From sequence record OQ349392.1: a DNA stretch of 64,000 nt, one strand, 5' to 3'. The translations under genes were made by a program, and so were the position numbers. This document shows positions 36,988 to 48,022 of this stretch, piece by piece. Every line of letters begins with the position of its first letter. The stretch's first letter is position 1. Source of the DNA: Escherichia phage KIT06. The notes below the pieces were generated by a model that made no database searches, had not been told where the DNA came from, and worked only from the letters and a program-made list of their open reading frames with translations.

Positions 36988-38190
36988 ATGAAAGTATGTA
37001 TTTTTATGGCTCGAGGTCTTGAAGGTTGCGGTGTAACTAAATTTTCTCTTGAGCAGCGTGATTGGTTTATTAAAAATGGTCATGAAGTAACTTTGGTTTA
37101 TGCTAAAGATAAATCATTTACTCGTAATTGCGCGCATGATTATAAATCATTTTCAATTCCGGTTTTATTGGCAAAAGAATACGATAAAACGCTTAAGCTG
37201 GTAAATGATTGTGATATTCTAGTTATCAATTCAGTTCCTGCTACTTCAGTCGAAGAAGACACAATTAATAACTATAAAAAAATTATTGATAACATTAAAC
37301 CTTCGGTTCGTGTTGTAGTTTATCAGCATGACCATTCTTCTCTTTCTTTGCGTCGAAATTTGGGATTAGAAGAAACTGTTCGTCGAGCTGATGTTATTTT
37401 TAGCCATTCTGATAATGGCGATTTTAATAAAGTTTTAATGAAAGAATGGTATCCAGAAACTGTTTCACTGTTTGATGATATTGAAGAAGCACCGACTGTA
37501 TATAACTTTCAGCCTCCTATGGATATTGCGAAGGTTCGATCAACTTACTGGAAAGATGTTTCTGAAATTAACATGAATATCAACCGTTGGATTGGTCGTA
37601 CTACTACATGGAAAGGCTTTTATCAGATGTTTGATTTTCACGAAAAACATCTTAAACCTGCAGGACTAAGTACTATTATGGAAGGTCTGGAACGTTCTCC
37701 AGCGTTCATTCCTATTAAAGAAAAAGGAATTCCATACGAGTATTATCGTCTTCATCAAGTAGACCAAATTAAAATTGCTCCTAATTTGCCGACGCAAATT
37801 CTCGACCGTTATGTAAATAGCGAAATGCTTGAACGCATGAGTAAATCCGGATTTGGTTATCAGCTGAGTAAATTAGATAAAAAATATCTACAGCGTTCTT
37901 TAGAATATACTCATCTCGAGCTTGGTGCGTGTGGAACAATTCCGGTATTTTGGAAATCTACTGGCGAAAATTTAAAATTCCGTGTTGATAATACTCCGTT
38001 AATTTCACATGATAGTGGTATCGTTTGGTTTGATGAAAATGACATGGAATCAACATTTGAACGTATTAAAGAACTGTCATCTGATCGAGCTCTTTATGAC
38101 CGTGAACGTGAAAAAGCTTATGAATTTTTGTATCAGCATCAAGATTCAAGCTTCTGCTTTAAAGAACAGTTTGACATTATTACAAAATAA
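36988..38190 (+). CDS. agt: DNA alpha-glucosyltransferase
   Basis: 400 aa M(K)VCIFMARGLEGCGVTKFSLEQRDWFIKNGHEVTLVYAKDKSF... as recalled for T4 alpha-gt. Confidence 0.93.
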   Translation: MKVCIFMARGLEGCGVTKFSLEQRDWFIKNGHEVTLVYAKDKSFTRNCAHDYKSFSIPVLLAKEYDKTLKLVNDCDILVINSVPATSVEEDTINNYKKIIDNIKPSVRVVVYQHDHSSLSLRRNLGLEETVRRADVIFSHSDNGDFNKVLMKEWYPETVSLFDDIEEAPTVYNFQPPMDIAKVRSTYWKDVSEINMNINRWIGRTTTWKGFYQMFDFHEKHLKPAGLSTIMEGLERSPAFIPIKEKGIPYEYYRLHQVDQIKIAPNLPTQILDRYVNSEMLERMSKSGFGYQLSKLDKKYLQRSLEYTHLELGACGTIPVFWKSTGENLKFRVDNTPLISHDSGIVWFDENDMESTFERIKELSSDRALYDREREKAYEFLYQHQDSSFCFKEQFDIITK

Positions 38191-38212
38191 AGGGCTTCGG
38201 CCCTTTAGCTTT
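38191..38212 (+). terminator. UUCG-tetraloop hairpin terminator
   Basis: AGGGC-TTCG-GCCCT then TTAGCTTTA. Confidence 0.6.
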
Positions 38213-38229
38213 ATACGGAGTTTGATATA

Positions 38230-38370
38230 ATGATATTTCTTGGATATGTGATACTTTTTCTTGCATTTTATCTATTTGCTAGAGCATGTTGGATTGGGTT
38301 CTTTAGCACTCCAGATGGATTTATTTCAATAATTTTATTTTGCATTTCAATGACGGTTCTTGATATATGA
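38230..38370 (+). CDS. small hydrophobic peptide (46 aa)
   Basis: Not in the track; ends ATATGA overlapping gene 47 start. Confidence 0.35.
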   Translation: MIFLGYVILFLAFYLFARACWIGFFSTPDGFISIILFCISMTVLDI

Positions 38371-39386
38371 AAATTTTAAATTTAGGTGATTGGCATTTAG
38401 GCGTTAAAGCTGATGATGAGTGGATTCAATCAATCCAGTTGGATGGAATTAAGCAAGCGATAGAATATTCTAAGAAAAACGGAATTACTACATGGATTCA
38501 ATACGGCGATATTTTTGATGTGCGAAAAGCAATCACACATAAAACTATGGAGTTCGCCCGTGAAATAGTTCAAATGCTTGATGATGCTGGTATTACCCTG
38601 CATACTGTTGTAGGAAACCATGATATGCACTTTAAAAATACTTTAACTCCAAATGCTTCTACTGAGCTTTTGGCTAAATATTCTAATGTTAAAGTATATG
38701 ATAAGCCTACTACAGTAGATTTTGACGGATGTTTGATTGATTTAATTCCTTGGATGTGTGAAGAAAATACTGGTGAAATTCTTGAACACATCAAAACTTC
38801 ATCTGCTTCTTTTTGTGTCGGTCACTGGGAACTGAATGGATTTTATTTTTATAAAGGAATGAAATCTCACGGTCTTGAACCTGATTTCCTTAAGACTTAT
38901 AAAGAGGTGTGGTCTGGTCACTTCCATACTATCTCTGAGGCTGCTAACGTCAGATATATTGGGACACCATGGACACTAACTGCAGGTGACGAGAATGACC
39001 CTCGTGGGTTCTGGATGTTTGATACAGAAACAGAACGAATGGAATTTATTCCAAACAACACTACCTGGCATCGTCGAATTCAATATCCATTTAAGGGAAA
39101 AATTGACTATAAAGATTTTACAAATCTATCAGTACGTGTTATAGTAACTGAGGTAGACAAAAATCTGACGAAGTTCGAATCTGAACTAGAAAAAGTTGTG
39201 CATTCATTACGAGTTGTGTCAAAGATTGATAACTCTGTCGAGTCAGATGATAGTGAAGAAGTTGAAGTTCAATCTCTTCAGACGTTAATGGAAGAATACA
39301 TTAATGCAATTCCAGACATCACTGATTCTGACCGCGAAGCACTTATTCAATATGCAAATCAGTTATATGTAGAGGCAACACAATGA
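38367..39386 (+). CDS. 47: recombination nuclease subunit gp47 (Mre11-like)
   Basis: 339 aa with phosphoesterase motifs LGDWHLG, GDIFD, GNHD. Confidence 0.93.
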   Translation: MKILNLGDWHLGVKADDEWIQSIQLDGIKQAIEYSKKNGITTWIQYGDIFDVRKAITHKTMEFAREIVQMLDDAGITLHTVVGNHDMHFKNTLTPNASTELLAKYSNVKVYDKPTTVDFDGCLIDLIPWMCEENTGEILEHIKTSSASFCVGHWELNGFYFYKGMKSHGLEPDFLKTYKEVWSGHFHTISEAANVRYIGTPWTLTAGDENDPRGFWMFDTETERMEFIPNNTTWHRRIQYPFKGKIDYKDFTNLSVRVIVTEVDKNLTKFESELEKVVHSLRVVSKIDNSVESDDSEEVEVQSLQTLMEEYINAIPDITDSDREALIQYANQLYVEATQ

Positions 39387-39646
39387 CTTTTGATGAATTT
39401 AAAAATGTTATGATGAGTCAGCATTTTGAATGCGAAGTAAAAGATGATATTGGGCATAAAGAAATTATTGAATATTGGTTTGAACCGCTAGAGGTTGAAG
39501 ATAATTGTATTAAAAAGGTCACGGTCTGCACTGACTGGGCTGTATCTTTTAACTTCAACATTTTAGATAATGACACACCTAAATCATTACAAGATATGGC
39601 TGTATCTTGTATTAAGGATGCATACTGTGAAGTTTTCGACATTTGA
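39383..39646 (+). CDS. hypothetical protein
   Basis: 87 aa, ATGA overlap with gene 47 stop. Confidence 0.45.
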   Translation: MTFDEFKNVMMSQHFECEVKDDIGHKEIIEYWFEPLEVEDNCIKKVTVCTDWAVSFNFNILDNDTPKSLQDMAVSCIKDAYCEVFDI

Positions 39647-39833
39647 CATTAATGATGAATTCATAGCAAATATTGATTACACCGAAGAAGATTCTAGATA
39701 TGTTGGAATAATTTATATCACATCAAAAGCAGCACAAGGTGTTGTTTGCATGGCTGAATTTGATGAATACTTTTTAGATTATGACGATATGATAGAATGG
39801 TCTAAAAGATACATTAAAAGGAATCTTTTGTGA
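39618..39833 (+). CDS. hypothetical protein (start uncertain)
   Basis: ORF 39570-39833 overlaps upstream gene; ATG 39618 or GTG 39627 after AAGGA. Confidence 0.35.
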   Translation: MHTVKFSTFDINDEFIANIDYTEEDSRYVGIIYITSKAAQGVVCMAEFDEYFLDYDDMIEWSKRYIKRNLL

Positions 39834-41512
39834 AGAATTTTAAACTAAACCGAGTTAGGTATCAAAATATAATGTCAGTAGGTGGAAATCCTATTGACAT
39901 TCAACTAGATAAGGTTCAAAAAACTCTTATTACTGGACGAAATGGCGGTGGTAAGTCTACTATGTTAGAAGCCATCACATTTGGGCTTTTCGGCAAGCCA
40001 TTCCGTGATGTAAAGAAAGGTCAATTAATAAACAGCACAAATAAGAAAGAACTTTTAGTTGAACTGTGGATGGAATATGATGAGAAAAAGTACTATATCA
40101 AAAGAGGACAAAAACCAAACGTTTTCGAAATCACCGTTAACGGTACACGTCTTAATGAATCTGCCAGCAGTAAAGATTTCCAAGCAGAATTTGAACAGCT
40201 TATCGGAATGTCATATGCCAGTTTCAAGCAGATTGTTGTCCTTGGTACAGCAGGGTATACCCCTTTCATGGGTTTGTCGACCCCTGCGCGAAGAAAGCTT
40301 GTGGAAGACCTGCTTGAGGTAGGAACATTAGCTGAAATGGATAAGCTTAATAAAGCACTAATACGTGAATTAAATTCACAAAACCAAGTGCTTGATGTTA
40401 AAAAAGATAGTATTATCCAACAAATTAAAATATATAATGATAACGTTGAACGCCAGAAAAAATTAACTGGTGATAATCTTACTCGTCTGCAGAATATGTA
40501 TGATGATTTAGCAAAAGAAGCTAGAACGTTAAAATCGGAAATAGAAGAAGCTAATGAAAGATTAGTTAATATTGTTTTGGATGAAGACCCGACTGATGCA
40601 TTTAATAAAATCGGTCAAGAAGCATTTTTAATTAAATCAAAAATTGACTCGTATAATAAAGTTATTAATATGTATCACGAAGGTGGATTATGTCCAACCT
40701 GTTTGTCACAATTAAGTTCCGGTGATAAAGTTGTTTCTAAAATTAAAGATAAAGTTTCTGAATGCACGCATTCATTTGAACAGCTTTCAACACATCGTGA
40801 TAATTTAAAAGTTCTTGTTGATGAATACCGAGATAATATTAAAACCCAACAGACGTTGGCAAATGATATTCGCAATAAAAAGCAATCTCTAATCACGACT
40901 GTAGATAAAGCTAAAAAGGTTAAAGCGGCTATAGAAAAAGCATCATCTGAGTTTATTGACCATGCTGATGAAATAGCACTGCTTCAAGAAGAACTTGATA
41001 AAATTGTTAAGACAAAAACTAATTTAGTAATGGAAAAATACCACAGAGGAATTTTGACTGACATGCTCAAAGATTCTGGTATTAAAGGTGCTATTATTAA
41101 AAAGTACATTCCATTATTTAATAAGCAAATTAACCATTATCTTAAAATAATGGAAGCGGATTATGTGTTTACATTAGATGAAGAATTTAATGAGACAATT
41201 AAATCCCGTGGTCGTGAAGATTTTAGTTATGCTTCATTTAGTCAAGGTGAAAAAGCACGAATTGATATTGCTCTTTTATTTACTTGGCGTGATATTGCTG
41301 AAAAAGTTTCAGGTGTTAAAATAAACACACTAATTCTTGATGAAGTTTTTGATTCAGCAACTGATGTTGAAGGCGTAAAAGCTATTTCAACTATTTTAGA
41401 TAGTTTAAAAAATACTAATGTTTTTGTTATTTCGCATAGAGACCATGACCCACAAGCATATGGTCAGCATCTTCAAATGAAGAAAGTTGGTCGATTTACT
41501 GTAATGGTTTAA
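39830..41512 (+). CDS. 46: recombination ATPase gp46 (Rad50/SbcC-like)
   Basis: 560 aa; Walker A GRNGGGKST; GTG start M(V)KNFKLNRV... Confidence 0.93.
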   Translation: MKNFKLNRVRYQNIMSVGGNPIDIQLDKVQKTLITGRNGGGKSTMLEAITFGLFGKPFRDVKKGQLINSTNKKELLVELWMEYDEKKYYIKRGQKPNVFEITVNGTRLNESASSKDFQAEFEQLIGMSYASFKQIVVLGTAGYTPFMGLSTPARRKLVEDLLEVGTLAEMDKLNKALIRELNSQNQVLDVKKDSIIQQIKIYNDNVERQKKLTGDNLTRLQNMYDDLAKEARTLKSEIEEANERLVNIVLDEDPTDAFNKIGQEAFLIKSKIDSYNKVINMYHEGGLCPTCLSQLSSGDKVVSKIKDKVSECTHSFEQLSTHRDNLKVLVDEYRDNIKTQQTLANDIRNKKQSLITTVDKAKKVKAAIEKASSEFIDHADEIALLQEELDKIVKTKTNLVMEKYHRGILTDMLKDSGIKGAIIKKYIPLFNKQINHYLKIMEADYVFTLDEEFNETIKSRGREDFSYASFSQGEKARIDIALLFTWRDIAEKVSGVKINTLILDEVFDSATDVEGVKAISTILDSLKNTNVFVISHRDHDPQAYGQHLQMKKVGRFTVMV

Positions 41513-41567
41513 TTTATAAGAGATTATGCTTTAATTTATTAGAGTATAATCTCTATGGAGGAAAAAC

Positions 41568-41756
41568 ATGGAATATTCAACTGGACAGCATCTATTAACT
41601 ATTCCTGAAATAAAACGATATATTCTGAGAAATAATTTTTCTAATGAAGAGCATATAGTTACTGAATCTATGCTTAAGAATGCATTTAAATCAGAATATA
41701 CGAAAATAATGTCCAACAGAAATGAAGCTTGGACTGTTACTGATTATTATGACTAA
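41568..41756 (+). CDS. hypothetical small protein
   Basis: 62 aa after GGAGGAAAAACATG. Confidence 0.5.
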   Translation: MEYSTGQHLLTIPEIKRYILRNNFSNEEHIVTESMLKNAFKSEYTKIMSNRNEAWTVTDYYD

Positions 41757-41765
41757 AGGTGTATT

Positions 41766-42155
41766 ATGACTAAAATTACCGTGAATTATACTGTTGATGT
41801 AAAAGATATTCAGCCAAAACACGTGCGTTCTGAATCAAATCCACAAAACCAAAATAAAATTCGTCGAGCATGGGTTTTGTCTCTTTCTGATAACGCGATG
41901 GAAGTTATTCAGAACAAAATTAAATCTGCACCTGCTCGTCATGCGTATTATGAAGCTATCGATCGTGAAGTTAGTGATAAATGGATTGAACTGATGCGCA
42001 AACATACGGCAGAATCTCTAAATGCTGGTGCTAAATTTATTATGACTTCATGCGGTGAACGCCTTGAAGATGATTATTGCGGTAATGCAGATGAACGTCT
42101 AATTGTTGCTGCTCAAATTGTTGCGGAAACAATTGCTGCTGATTTTAATCGTTAA
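41766..42155 (+). CDS. rpbA: RNA polymerase binding protein RpbA
   Basis: 129 aa immediately upstream of gene 45, as in T4. Confidence 0.75.
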   Translation: MTKITVNYTVDVKDIQPKHVRSESNPQNQNKIRRAWVLSLSDNAMEVIQNKIKSAPARHAYYEAIDREVSDKWIELMRKHTAESLNAGAKFIMTSCGERLEDDYCGNADERLIVAAQIVAETIAADFNR

Positions 42156-42156
42156 T

Positions 42157-42181
42157 TGCTTTATTAAATTAGTTATAAAAT
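42157..42181 (+). promoter_or_regulatory. MotA-dependent middle promoter
   Basis: MotA box TTGCTTTA then TATAAAAT; 30 bp before the gene 45 start. Confidence 0.55.
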
Positions 42182-42210
42182 TAAATCTCATTTGAATTGA
42201 AGGAAATTAC

Positions 42211-42897
42211 ATGAAACTGTCTAAAGATACTACTGCTCTGCTTAAAAATTTCGCTACTATTAACTCTGGTATTATGCTTAAATCCGGTCAATTTATTATG
42301 ACTCGCGCGGTTAATGGTACCACTTATGCGGAAGCAAATATTTCTGACACTATTGATTTTGATGTAGCAATTTACGATTTGAACGGTTTTCTCGGTATTC
42401 TGTCTCTAGTTAATGACGATGCAGAAATTTCCCAGTCAGAAGATGGAAATATTAAAATTGCTGATGCCCGTTCAACAATTTTTTGGCCAGCAGCCGATCC
42501 GAGTACAGTAGTTGCTCCTAATAAACCAATTCCATTCCCGGTAGCATCTGTTGTTACTGAAATTAAAGCTGAAGACCTTCAACAGCTGTTGCGTGTATCT
42601 CGTGGTCTGCAGATTGATACAATTGCTATCACAGTAAAAGAAGGTAAAATCGTAATTAACGGTTTTAATAAAGTAGAAGATTCTGCTTTGACTCGTGTTA
42701 AATATTCTTTGACTCTTGGTGATTATGATGGTGAAAATACATTTAATTTCATTATCAATATGGCAAATATGAAAATGCAACCAGGAAATTATAAACTTCT
42801 TCTCTGGGCAAAAGGTAAACAAGGCGCTGCTAAATTTGAAGGTGAACACGCGAATTATGTAGTAGCTCTTGAAGCTGATTCTACCCACGATTTTTAA
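42211..42897 (+). CDS. 45: sliding clamp gp45
   Basis: 228 aa MKLSKDTTALLKNFATINSGIMLKSGQFIMTRAVNGTTYAEANISD... Confidence 0.95.
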   Translation: MKLSKDTTALLKNFATINSGIMLKSGQFIMTRAVNGTTYAEANISDTIDFDVAIYDLNGFLGILSLVNDDAEISQSEDGNIKIADARSTIFWPAADPSTVVAPNKPIPFPVASVVTEIKAEDLQQLLRVSRGLQIDTIAITVKEGKIVINGFNKVEDSALTRVKYSLTLGDYDGENTFNFIINMANMKMQPGNYKLLLWAKGKQGAAKFEGEHANYVVALEADSTHDF

Positions 42898-42898
42898 T

Positions 42899-42922
42899 AG
42901 AGGGCTTCGGCCCTTTATAATT
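42899..42922 (+). terminator. UUCG-tetraloop hairpin terminator
   Basis: GAGGGC-TTCG-GCCCTT then TATAATTT. Confidence 0.6.
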
Positions 42923-42948
42923 TACACTAAAACTTGAATGAGGAAATT

Positions 42949-43908
42949 ATGATTACTGTAAATGAAAAAGAACACATTCTTGAACAGAAATATCGTCCAT
43001 CTACTATCGATGAATGTATTCTTCCCGCCTTTGATAAAGAAACCTTTAAATCTATTACAAGTAAAGGTAAGATTCCACATATTATTCTTCATTCTCCTTC
43101 TCCAGGAACAGGTAAAACAACTGTAGCAAAAGCATTGTGTCATGATGTAAATGCTGATATGATGTTTGTGAATGGATCAGATTGTAAAATTGATTTCGTT
43201 CGTGGTCCTTTGACTAATTTTGCCAGTGCAGCTTCATTTGATGGTCGTCAAAAAGTAATCGTTATTGATGAATTTGACCGTTCAGGGTTAGCAGAGTCTC
43301 AGCGACATCTTCGTTCCTTTATGGAAGCTTATAGTTCAAACTGTAGTATTATTATTACTGCTAACAATATTGATGGTATTATTAAACCGCTTCAGTCACG
43401 CTGCCGAGTTATTACGTTCGGTCAACCGACCGATGAAGATAAAATTGAAATGATGAAGCAGATGATTCGTCGATTGACTGAAATCTGTAAGCATGAAGGA
43501 ATTGCTATAGCTGATATGAAAGTTGTAGCAGCTTTGGTTAAAAAGAATTTTCCTGATTTTCGTAAAACTATTGGCGAGCTCGATAGTTATTCATCTAAAG
43601 GTGTTTTGGATGCTGGTATTTTATCACTGGTTACTAACGATCGTGGTGCTATTGATGATGTTCTTGAGTCTCTCAAAAATAAAGATGTTAAACAACTCAG
43701 AGCTTTAGCACCAAAATATGCGGCTGATTATTCGTGGTTCGTTGGTAAACTTGCCGAAGAAATTTATACACGCGTAACTCCGCAAAGTATTATTCGTATG
43801 TATGAAATTGTTGGTGAAAATAACCAGTATCATGGAATTGCGGCTAATACGGAATTACATTTAGCATATCTTTTCATTCAATTGGCATGTGAAATGCAGT
43901 GGAAGTGA
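42949..43908 (+). CDS. 44: clamp loader large subunit gp44
   Basis: 319 aa [17 protein letters not shown]... with Walker [11 protein letters not shown]. Confidence 0.95.
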   Translation: MITVNEKEHILEQKYRPSTIDECILPAFDKETFKSITSKGKIPHIILHSPSPGTGKTTVAKALCHDVNADMMFVNGSDCKIDFVRGPLTNFASAASFDGRQKVIVIDEFDRSGLAESQRHLRSFMEAYSSNCSIIITANNIDGIIKPLQSRCRVITFGQPTDEDKIEMMKQMIRRLTEICKHEGIAIADMKVVAALVKKNFPDFRKTIGELDSYSSKGVLDAGILSLVTNDRGAIDDVLESLKNKDVKQLRALAPKYAADYSWFVGKLAEEIYTRVTPQSIIRMYEIVGENNQYHGIAANTELHLAYLFIQLACEMQWK

Positions 43909-43909
43909 T

Positions 43910-44473
43910 ATGAGCTTATTTGAAGATGATATTCAATTAAACGAGCATCAAGTTGCTTGGTATTCAAAAGATTGGACAGCTGTCCAATCTGCTGCTGATT
44001 CTTTTAAAGAAAAAGCTGAAAATGAATTTTTTGAAATAATTGGAGCTATTAATAATAAAACTAAATGCTCTATTGCTCAAAAAGATTATTCAAAATACAT
44101 GGTTGAGAATGCATTATCACAATTTCCTGAATGTATGCCAGCTGTATATGCTATGAATTTAATTGGATCAGGTTTAAGCGATGAAGCCCATTTTAATTAT
44201 CTAATGGCTGCTGTTCCTCGGGGTAAAAGATATGGTAAATGGGCAAAACTGGTAGAAGATTCTACCGAAGTATTGATTATTAAGTTACTTGCTAAGCGGT
44301 ATCAAGTTAATACAAATGATGCAATTAACTATAAATCAATTCTTACTAAAAATGGAAAACTCCCTTTAGTATTAAAAGAACTAAAAGGTTTAGTCACGGA
44401 TGATTTTTTGAAAGAAGTGACTAAGAACGTAAAAGAACAGAAACAACTCAAAAAACTAGCATTGGAATGGTAA
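43910..44473 (+). CDS. 62: clamp loader small subunit gp62
   Basis: 187 aa [22 protein letters not shown]...; ATG overlaps gene 44 stop. Confidence 0.92.
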   Translation: MSLFEDDIQLNEHQVAWYSKDWTAVQSAADSFKEKAENEFFEIIGAINNKTKCSIAQKDYSKYMVENALSQFPECMPAVYAMNLIGSGLSDEAHFNYLMAAVPRGKRYGKWAKLVEDSTEVLIIKLLAKRYQVNTNDAINYKSILTKNGKLPLVLKELKGLVTDDFLKEVTKNVKEQKQLKKLALEW

Positions 44474-44474
44474 A

Positions 44475-44843
44475 ATGATTGAAATTACTCTTAAAAAACC
44501 TGAAGATTTTCTGAAAGTTAAAGAAACTCTGACTCGTATGGGAATTGCTAATAATAAAGATAAAGTTCTATATCAGTCCTGTCATATTCTTCAGAAAAAA
44601 GGACTATACTATATCGTTCATTTTAAAGAAATGCTTCGTATGGATGGTCGCCAGGTTGAAATGACAGAAGAAGATGAAGTTCGTCGTGATTCGATTGCAT
44701 GGCTGTTAGAAGATTGGGGACTGATTGAAATCGTTCCTGGTCAAAGAACTTTTATGAAAGATTTAACCAATAACTTCCGAGTTATTTCTTTTAAACAAAA
44801 ACATGAATGGAAACTCGTTCCAAAATATACGATTGGTAATTAA
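44475..44843 (+). CDS. regA: translational repressor RegA
   Basis: 122 aa MIEITLKKPEDFLKVKETLTRMGIANNKDKVLYQSCHILQKKG... Confidence 0.92.
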   Translation: MIEITLKKPEDFLKVKETLTRMGIANNKDKVLYQSCHILQKKGLYYIVHFKEMLRMDGRQVEMTEEDEVRRDSIAWLLEDWGLIEIVPGQRTFMKDLTNNFRVISFKQKHEWKLVPKYTIGN

Positions 44844-44844
44844 T

Positions 44845-45066
44845 ATGACTGCTATAACCCCACAAGAATACATGGCGTCTCTTAAAGAAAAATATAATCT
44901 TTCTGCAACAGAAACACTTTTTGATTTACCAGAAAATCTCCAACTAAAATTTCAGGTAGAATTTCAAAAATTAGTTCACCCAGAACAAAAACACTTTACC
45001 GCAGTGGTTAAGTCAATTAATGCAGATGGATTGACAATTTTTCACCGACAAATGGTATTAATTTAA
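44845..45066 (+). CDS. hypothetical small protein
   Basis: 73 aa, ATG right after regA stop. Confidence 0.45.
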   Translation: MTAITPQEYMASLKEKYNLSATETLFDLPENLQLKFQVEFQKLVHPEQKHFTAVVKSINADGLTIFHRQMVLI

Positions 45067-45068
45067 GC

Positions 45069-45090
45069 AAGGGGCTTCGGCCCCTTATTT
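45069..45090 (+). terminator. UUCG-tetraloop hairpin terminator
   Basis: GGGGC-TTCG-GCCCC then TTATTT. Confidence 0.65.
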
Positions 45091-45144
45091 GGAGTATAAT
45101 ATATCAAGAGCCTAATAACTCGGGCTATAAACTAAGGAATATCT

Positions 45145-47841
45145 ATGAAAGAATTTTATATCTCTATCGAAACAGTCGGAAATAATATTGTTGAGCGTTA
45201 TATTGATGAAAACGGAAAGGAACGTACTCGTGAAGTAGAATATCTTCCGACTATGTTTAGGCATTGTAAGGAAGAGTCAAAGTACAAAGACATTTACGGT
45301 AAAAATTGCGCTCCTCAAAAATTTCCATCAATGAAAGATGCACGAGACTGGATGAAGCGAATGGAAGACATCGGTCTCGAAGCTCTTGGTATGAACGATT
45401 TTAAACTCGCTTATATCAGTGATACATATGGTTCAGAAATTGTTTATGACCGAAAATTTGTTCGTGTAGCTAACTGTGACATTGAGGTTACTGGTGATAA
45501 ATTTCCTGACCCAATGAAAGCAGAATATGAAATTGATGCTATCACTCATTATGATTCAATTGACGACCGTTTTTACGTCTTTGATTTGTTGAATTCAATG
45601 TACGGTTCAGTATCAAAATGGGATGCAAAGTTAGCTGCTAAGCTTGACTGTGAAGGTGGTGATGAAGTTCCTCAAGAAATTCTTGACCGAGTAATTTATA
45701 TGCCATTTGATAATGAGCGCGATATGCTCATGGAATATATTAATCTCTGGGAACAGAAACGACCTGCTATTTTTACTGGTTGGAATATTGAGGGATTTGA
45801 CGTTCCGTATATCATGAATCGTGTTAAAATGGTTCTCGGTGAACGTAGTATGAAACGTTTCTCTCCAATCGGTCGAGTAAAATCTAAACTAATTCAAAAT
45901 ATGTACGGTAGCAAAGAAATTTATTCTATTGATGGCGTATCTATTCTTGATTATTTAGATTTGTACAAGAAGTTCGCATTTACTAATTTGCCATCGTTCT
46001 CTTTGGAATCAGTTGCTCAACACGAAACCAAAAAAGGTAAATTGCCGTACGATGGTCCTATTAATAAACTTCGTGAGACTAATCATCAACGATACATTAG
46101 TTATAACATCATTGACGTAGAATCAGTTCAAGCAATTGATAAAATTCGTGGGTTTATCGATCTAGTTTTAAGTATGTCTTATTACGCTAAAATGCCTTTT
46201 TCTGGTGTAATGAGTCCTATTAAAACTTGGGATGCTATTATTTTTAACTCATTGAAAGGTGAACATAAGGTTATTCCTCAACAAGGTTCGCACGTTAAAC
46301 AGAGTTTTCCAGGTGCATTTGTATTTGAACCTAAACCGATTGCTCGTCGATACATTATGAGTTTTGACTTGACGTCTCTGTATCCTAGCATTATTCGTCA
46401 GGTTAACATTAGTCCTGAGACTATTCGTGGACAGTTTAAAGTTCATCCAATTCATGAATATATCGCAGGAACAGCTCCTAAGCCAAGTGATGAATATTCT
46501 TGTTCTCCGAATGGATGGATGTATGATAAGCATCAAGAAGGTATCATTCCAAAGGAAATCGCTAAAGTATTTTTCCAACGTAAAGATTGGAAAAAGAAAA
46601 TGTTCGCTGAAGAAATGAATGCCGAAGCTATTAAAAAGATTATTATGAAAGGTGCAGGGTCTTGTTCAACTAAACCAGAAGTTGAACGATATGTTAAGTT
46701 CAATGATGATTTCTTAAACGAATTATCGAATTACACTGAATCTGTTCTTAATAGTCTGATCGAAGAATGTGAAAAAGCAGCTACACTTGCTAACACAAAT
46801 CAGCTGAACCGTAAAATTCTTATTAACAGTCTTTATGGTGCTCTTGGTAATATTCATTTCCGTTACTATGATTTGCGAAATGCTACTGCTATCACAATTT
46901 TTGGTCAAGTTGGTATTCAGTGGATTGCTCGTAAAATTAATGAATACCTAAATAAAGTATGTGGAACTGATGGTGAAGATTTCATCGCGGCGGGTGATAC
47001 TGATTCGGTATATGTTTGTGTAGATAAAGTTATTGAAAAAGTAGGTCTTGACCGCTTTAAAGAACAAAATGATTTAGTTGAATTCATGAATCAGTTTGGT
47101 AAGAAAAAGATGGAACCTATGATTGATGTTGCATATCGTGAGTTATGTGATTATATGAATAACCGCGAGCATCTGATGCATATGGACCGTGAAGCTATTT
47201 CTTGCCCTCCACTTGGTTCAAAGGGTGTTGGTGGATTTTGGAAAGCGAAAAAACGTTATGCTCTGAACGTTTATGATATGGAAGATAAACGATTTGCTGA
47301 ACCGCATCTAAAAATCATGGGTATGGAAACTCAACAAAGTTCAACACCAAAAGCAGTACAAGAAGCTCTCGAAGAAAGTATTCGTCGTATTCTTCAGGAA
47401 GGTGAAGAGTCTGTCCAAGAATACTATAAGAACTTTGAGAAAGAATACCGTCAACTTGACTATAAAGTTATTGCTGAAGTAAAAACCGCGAACGATATAG
47501 CGAAATATGATGATAAAGGTTGGCCAGGGTTTAAATGCCCGTTCCATATTCGTGGTGTACTAACTTATCGTCGAGCTGTTAGTGGTTTAGGTGTAGCTCC
47601 AATTTTGGATGGAAATAAGGTAATGGTTCTTCCATTACGTGAGGGAAATCCATTTGGTGACAAGTGCATTGCTTGGCCGTCGGGTACGGAACTTCCAAAA
47701 GAAATTCGTTCTGATGTACTGTCTTGGATTGACTACTCAACTTTGTTCCAAAAATCGTTTGTTAAACCGCTTGCGGGCATGTGTGAATCGGCAGGTATGG
47801 ACTATGAGGAAAAAGCTTCGTTAGACTTCTTGTTTGGCTGA
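45145..47841 (+). CDS. 43: DNA polymerase gp43 (family B)
   Basis: 898 aa MKEFYISIETVGNNIVERYIDENGKERTRE...; polymerase motifs DTDS and KxxxNSLYG. Confidence 0.97.
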   Translation: MKEFYISIETVGNNIVERYIDENGKERTREVEYLPTMFRHCKEESKYKDIYGKNCAPQKFPSMKDARDWMKRMEDIGLEALGMNDFKLAYISDTYGSEIVYDRKFVRVANCDIEVTGDKFPDPMKAEYEIDAITHYDSIDDRFYVFDLLNSMYGSVSKWDAKLAAKLDCEGGDEVPQEILDRVIYMPFDNERDMLMEYINLWEQKRPAIFTGWNIEGFDVPYIMNRVKMVLGERSMKRFSPIGRVKSKLIQNMYGSKEIYSIDGVSILDYLDLYKKFAFTNLPSFSLESVAQHETKKGKLPYDGPINKLRETNHQRYISYNIIDVESVQAIDKIRGFIDLVLSMSYYAKMPFSGVMSPIKTWDAIIFNSLKGEHKVIPQQGSHVKQSFPGAFVFEPKPIARRYIMSFDLTSLYPSIIRQVNISPETIRGQFKVHPIHEYIAGTAPKPSDEYSCSPNGWMYDKHQEGIIPKEIAKVFFQRKDWKKKMFAEEMNAEAIKKIIMKGAGSCSTKPEVERYVKFNDDFLNELSNYTESVLNSLIEECEKAATLANTNQLNRKILINSLYGALGNIHFRYYDLRNATAITIFGQVGIQWIARKINEYLNKVCGTDGEDFIAAGDTDSVYVCVDKVIEKVGLDRFKEQNDLVEFMNQFGKKKMEPMIDVAYRELCDYMNNREHLMHMDREAISCPPLGSKGVGGFWKAKKRYALNVYDMEDKRFAEPHLKIMGMETQQSSTPKAVQEALEESIRRILQEGEESVQEYYKNFEKEYRQLDYKVIAEVKTANDIAKYDDKGWPGFKCPFHIRGVLTYRRAVSGLGVAPILDGNKVMVLPLREGNPFGDKCIAWPSGTELPKEIRSDVLSWIDYSTLFQKSFVKPLAGMCESAGMDYEEKASLDFLFG

Positions 47842-47854
47842 TAGAATAAATCTA

Positions 47855-47876
47855 GGGACCTCCGGGTCCCTTTTTC
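47855..47876 (+). terminator. rho-independent terminator
   Basis: GGGACC-TCCG-GGTCCC followed by TTTTT. Confidence 0.8.
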
Positions 47877-47959
47877 ATACAAGTAATATAAATCTATACT
47901 TAGGAAAAATAGATGATTCTGGGCCCTTTGAATTCATTAAAAATTTTTTCACAAAATGG

Positions 47960-47988
47960 TTTACATCCCGGTTCCTTTATGGTACTAT
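47960..47988 (+). promoter_or_regulatory. T4-type early promoter
   Basis: TTTACA-N17-TACTAT with TTTTTTCACAAAA upstream element. Confidence 0.7.
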
Positions 47989-48022
47989 ACAACTATCAAC
48001 TGATGCGGATTTGGAGAATGAA